Assembly: GCA_902798745.1 (NCBI GenBank)
Contig: CADBXM010000007.1
Location: forward strand, 11,317-75,316
Direction of reading: 5' to 3'
DNA length: 64,000 nt
Origin: an uncultured Eubacteriales bacterium
GTDB lineage: Bacteria > Bacillota > Clostridia > Peptostreptococcales > Anaerovoracaceae
This document shows, one piece after another, positions 60,573 through 64,000 of the stretch (its first letter is position 1; each line of letters starts with the position of its first letter). A program made the translations under genes and the position numbers. The notes beneath the pieces are model-generated. The model searched no databases, had not been told where the DNA came from, and saw only the letters and a program-made list of their open reading frames with translations.

Positions 60573-62832
60573 AATAAAAGATCCTGTAAGCAGGGAGCCC
60601 GAGACAGTTGCTACCGATGTTGATGTGAGTGACGATCTGCTGCAGGAATATATAGACAGGAAAGTCGCGGAAGAGCTCGGGCAAGCTTCGGGAAGAGCTT
60701 ACACAAAGAACGGGATGACTAAACTGAGCGGCGCTGAACTAAACCTTTATAAAGCGCTTCTTCCGCTGATAAAAGAAGTAGCCTCAGGCGATAGAGGAAG
60801 CACGGAATTCAAGATCCCGGCCGCGAAATTATTCGGCGCCAAAGCGGCGGACGCTATCTATTCGGCGAGCGATCTTGGGCTCGCGACTCTGTTCGACAAT
60901 AATGGTCACATAACCGATGAAGCGGCAGATAGATTCTACGGGAAATATTCGATCGATTTGAGCGCGGTGTTCGACGCGCTGCTGTCAGACCTGCCATATG
61001 AACTCTACTGGTATGACAAGGAAAAAGGTGCCCGTAAGCTCTCTCCGGAGATCGGTATATACACTTACTATGGTAAAAAGTATCTGTGTTTCTACGATGA
61101 TGATCCGGAATTCACTTTCAAGCTTAGTGTATCCGCCGATTACAGCGCGAACGCGTTTTTTGATGAGCAGGGTGTTTTCCATAGAGGCGATCAGGGTACA
61201 ACAAATGTGAACCGCAGCCTGACGAAGGCCGCTTCGGCTGCTCCCGAAAACATCGCGGATATAATAATCAATAACGCGAGCAAAGAAGATTACGACAAGC
61301 TGGTTTCTTACAAGGACGCCATTATCGGACTGACCGACTATAATGACGACGCTTTAAAGCCGGACGTTCCATATGGCAACCCGTGGCAGCTGATCTTCGT
61401 GTTTGACGGAGATCCTGCTACCAATGTGGTATGCGAAGGTTATTCAAAAGCTTTCCAGTATCTCTGCGACAGCACGAGCTTTGACCATGCTGCGATAGAA
61501 TGCCGCTCGGTGACAGGCTCGATGGACGGAGGCGTCGGCGCGGGACCGCACATGTGGAACATCCTCCACATGGAAGACGGCAGGAATTACTTAGCGGATA
61601 TCACCAACAGCGATACCGATAGCGCCGGTTATATTGATAAACAATATGATCCTGATGGCTCATGGCTTTTCCTCAACGTTTACGATGAAGGAAATGTCGA
61701 AGACGGATACATTTATCGTTACTATGAAGACGATACTACGGGTATCTATTACGAATATGATGAAGACGCAAAATCGCTGTATTCAAAAAAAGAGCTGACA
61801 ATGTCAAGCGCCGAGTACAACAAATCGGTACAAGTTATCTCCAAGCTTGATCTGACATTTGATGAGCCTGCTTGCGGTACAGAGATAATACTGACAGAAG
61901 GAGAGCCAAACGAAAGACCTGCGGTAGAGGTCACGTCAGATAAGGACTCGAAAGTACAGGCGTACTGGTCGAACGATGATGGTAGCGAGAAATTCGAAGG
62001 CAAGATGATGGGCGTAGACGACTATTCAGCAGTCATTACGGTCGATCTTGACAAGCCTGCGGAAGAATGCGTTTACTCTGGGGATATAGAGGTGAAGGTC
62101 AATGGTATTTCTGTCCCACCGAGCAGTGTAGACTTGTCGGAAGTGACACTCTTCGTTTGTATAAATGTCGAGCATGATCTGACACTTCACAAGGCGGACC
62201 CGGTAAATTGCATCCTCAAATACTGGCACTGCGAAGAGTGTGGAATGAACTTCGCCGATGAGGACGGGACAGAGGTGCTTAAGGACACGACAGATACCGC
62301 CCTTAAGAACGCAAAAGCCGCGGCTCTTGCCGAGCTTGACAAGATCGATCTGAGCAAGTACAGCGGCGCGGAGAGGACTAAAGTCGAAAACGCGATCAAG
62401 GCTGCAAAAGAAAAGATCAGGACCGCGGCTACTGTCGATGCTGTGAGATCTGCCAAAGAAGATGCAAACAAGACGATCAGCGCCCAGAAGACAAATAAGA
62501 CCAAGGCGCTTGAAGCCGCAAGCAATATCAATAAGACGACCGTCACTGCTAAAGATATCAAAAAAGCATCGAATCTTGGGGCGACGACCGTGACCCTTGG
62601 CAAGAATGTCAAAAAGATCAAGAAGAACGCCTTCAAGGGCACAAAGATCAAGACAGTCGTAGTCAAGAGCAAGAAGCTGAAGGCTAAAACCGTAAAGGGT
62701 TCTCTCAAGGGCTCAAAGGTGAAAACCATCAAGGTCAAAGTCGGAAGCAAGAAGGTCAACAAACAATACGTAAAGAAATATAAGAAGATCTTCACCAAGA
62801 AGAATGCAGGCAAGAAGGTATCTGTGAAATAG
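60544..62832 (+). CDS. Transglutaminase-like (Cys-His-Asp papain-fold) surface protein body with a lysine-rich LRR-like C-terminal module; apparently frameshifted from its signal peptide
   Basis: VVCEGYSKAFQYLC (Cys codon at 61432), GAGPHMWNIL (His codon at 61549) and NYLADITN (Asp codon at 61597) match the transglutaminase-core pattern. The C-terminal 104 aa are shared with the ORF ending at 23966. Confidence 0.6.
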   Translation: MMTRLSGGSKIKDPVSREPETVATDVDVSDDLLQEYIDRKVAEELGQASGRAYTKNGMTKLSGAELNLYKALLPLIKEVASGDRGSTEFKIPAAKLFGAKAADAIYSASDLGLATLFDNNGHITDEAADRFYGKYSIDLSAVFDALLSDLPYELYWYDKEKGARKLSPEIGIYTYYGKKYLCFYDDDPEFTFKLSVSADYSANAFFDEQGVFHRGDQGTTNVNRSLTKAASAAPENIADIIINNASKEDYDKLVSYKDAIIGLTDYNDDALKPDVPYGNPWQLIFVFDGDPATNVVCEGYSKAFQYLCDSTSFDHAAIECRSVTGSMDGGVGAGPHMWNILHMEDGRNYLADITNSDTDSAGYIDKQYDPDGSWLFLNVYDEGNVEDGYIYRYYEDDTTGIYYEYDEDAKSLYSKKELTMSSAEYNKSVQVISKLDLTFDEPACGTEIILTEGEPNERPAVEVTSDKDSKVQAYWSNDDGSEKFEGKMMGVDDYSAVITVDLDKPAEECVYSGDIEVKVNGISVPPSSVDLSEVTLFVCINVEHDLTLHKADPVNCILKYWHCEECGMNFADEDGTEVLKDTTDTALKNAKAAALAELDKIDLSKYSGAERTKVENAIKAAKEKIRTAATVDAVRSAKEDANKTISAQKTNKTKALEAASNINKTTVTAKDIKKASNLGATTVTLGKNVKKIKKNAFKGTKIKTVVVKSKKLKAKTVKGSLKGSKVKTIKVKVGSKKVNKQYVKKYKKIFTKKNAGKKVSVK

Positions 62833-62982
62833 CGCAAGTATGATTTGCTTTACACCGATCATACATACAAGGTAAAATTTAATATTATAATCAAACGTTT
62901 TTCGAGCCAGTATGAGCTCGTCCAACAGGCTCGACCAACAAAGAAGCAACTCCAAATCGCAGTATAAGCGGGAGGGAGACAT

Positions 62983-64000
62983 ATGACCTATTCTATAATG
63001 GGTATCGTCGCGGCTATCATTCTGGTGATCATAAACCGCGATGCATTATGGGGCGCAGACGGAATAGAATTCACGAAGGTCCAGCGAAATTACCGCTACT
63101 TCCTGATGGGCGTGATGGCGTATTACATCACGGATATGCTCTGGGGCATACTCTATTCGCGCGGCCTGATCACAGCGACATATGTCGACACCTTCATACA
63201 TTTTATCGCCATGGCGGCGGCCGTATTCCTTTGGACGCGCTACGTGGTGTCATATCTTGAAGAAAAGAGCGCTTTCGGCACTGTGCTAAATTACGCCGGG
63301 TGGCTGTTCATGGCTTTCCAGATCATTGCTCTTGTCGTGAATTTCTTTAAGCCTGTGATGTTCGGCTTCGACGAGAGCGGCGCGTATCAGGCAGGGATCG
63401 CCAGATACATCTCTCTCACCATCCAGATAACACTCTTCCTGCTGACATCGGTCTACACACTGGTCATCACATCGAGAACAGAGGGCAAGGTGCGCCGGCG
63501 CCACCTCACGATAGGGCTGTTCGGCATAGCTATGGTAGTGCTCATGTCGATACAGGTGTTCTACCCACTGCTCCCGTTCTACGCTATGGGATACATGCTC
63601 GGCACATGCGTGCTCCACACTTTTGTTGTGGAGGACGAGAAAGAGGAATACCGCATAGAGCTTGAGGAGAGCCTCAAAAGAGAGCAGCTCCAGACAGAAG
63701 AACTGCAAAAGAACCGCGAGACGCTGAGAGAAGCTCTGGACGCAGCCGAGAGGGCGAACAAAGCAAAGACATCGTTCCTGTCCAACATGAGCCATGAGAT
63801 ACGCACACCGATGAACGCGATAATCGGGCTCAACAACATAGCGATGAACGATCCGACAGCGAGCGAAAGCGTGAAGTCCTACCTCGACAGGATAGGAGGT
63901 TCCGCTCAGCATCTGCTCGGGATCATAAACGACATACTCGACATGAGCCGCATCGAATCCGGCCGAATGACCATCAAGAACGAAGAGTTTTCTTTCTCGA
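62983..64000 (+). CDS. Sensor histidine kinase, N-terminal part (membrane sensor region, coiled coil, HisKA); 3' end lies outside the window
   Basis: GGGAGGGAGA ribosome-binding site. About 6 hydrophobic helices are followed by ...ERANKAKTSFLSNMSHEIRTPMNAIIGL (H-box). The frame is open to the window end, and this ORF is absent from the supplied ORF track. Confidence 0.8.
   Translation, partial: MTYSIMGIVAAIILVIINRDALWGADGIEFTKVQRNYRYFLMGVMAYYITDMLWGILYSRGLITATYVDTFIHFIAMAAAVFLWTRYVVSYLEEKSAFGTVLNYAGWLFMAFQIIALVVNFFKPVMFGFDESGAYQAGIARYISLTIQITLFLLTSVYTLVITSRTEGKVRRRHLTIGLFGIAMVVLMSIQVFYPLLPFYAMGYMLGTCVLHTFVVEDEKEEYRIELEESLKREQLQTEELQKNRETLREALDAAERANKAKTSFLSNMSHEIRTPMNAIIGLNNIAMNDPTASESVKSYLDRIGGSAQHLLGIINDILDMSRIESGRMTIKNEEFSFS

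Noticed and set aside
60555-60575. A prfB-style programmed +1 frameshift site: SD-like AGGAGG immediately followed by TTC TAA A, where skipping the T of TAA enters the body frame.
   Set aside because: In the prfB paradigm the SD-like element lies 3 nt upstream of a CUU codon that can re-pair in the +1 frame. Here the spacing is 0 nt, and UUC to UCU cannot re-pair with tRNA-Phe. A one-base indel in the TTT run is the simpler explanation, so I kept this only as a remote alternative.
1-64000. Mobile elements, prophage, CRISPR-Cas, toxin-antitoxin or known defence systems, and tRNA or rRNA genes.
   Set aside because: I recognised no transposase, integrase, recombinase, Cas, restriction/modification, nuclease-NTPase or phage structural signatures in any frame. 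I saw no repeat-spacer arrays and no cloverleaf-like tRNA sequence. The window is dominated by envelope biosynthesis and secreted proteins.

Overview
This window looks like a Gram-positive (Clostridia/Lachnospiraceae-like, inferred only from gene content and GGAGG-type ribosome-binding sites) cell-envelope locus, read mostly on the + strand. It is a large wall teichoic-acid / anionic glycopolymer gene set in two parts. Part 1 (1-19.8 kb) holds a TagF-like fragment, tarI-tarJ, a GT2, four paralogous 'sugar-transfer-associated' ATP-grasp amidoligase-like genes, tagD, an AsnB-like adenylating enzyme, LicD and a TagG/TagH-like exporter. Part 2 (34.6-59 kb) holds TagB/TagF-like transferases, a flippase, two GtrB-like GT2s, an epimerase, an ATP-grasp, a CapK-like ligase, an acyltransferase, a YidC-sulfatase fusion, large polytopic membrane proteins, a TagD-oxidoreductase fusion and an aminotransferase. 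About 15 kb of secretome genes separate the two parts: an ECF sigma/anti-sigma/PepSY module, an S8 protease, five paralogous small lysine-rich secreted proteins, and pgi. Further secreted papain-fold hydrolases, an L,D-transpeptidase, a transglutaminase-like protein with an out-of-frame signal peptide, and the 5' part of a histidine kinase are also present. I found no rRNA, tRNA, CRISPR array, transposase, integrase or recognisable defence system. The best candidates for new biology are the ATP-grasp array, a TagH-like ATPase that lacks its catalytic motifs, the YidC-LtaS-like fusion, the TagD-oxidoreductase/aminotransferase pair, the lysine-rich secreted family, and a hairpin-dense GC-rich non-coding island. 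Every family assignment rests on motif recognition by eye; no searches were run.
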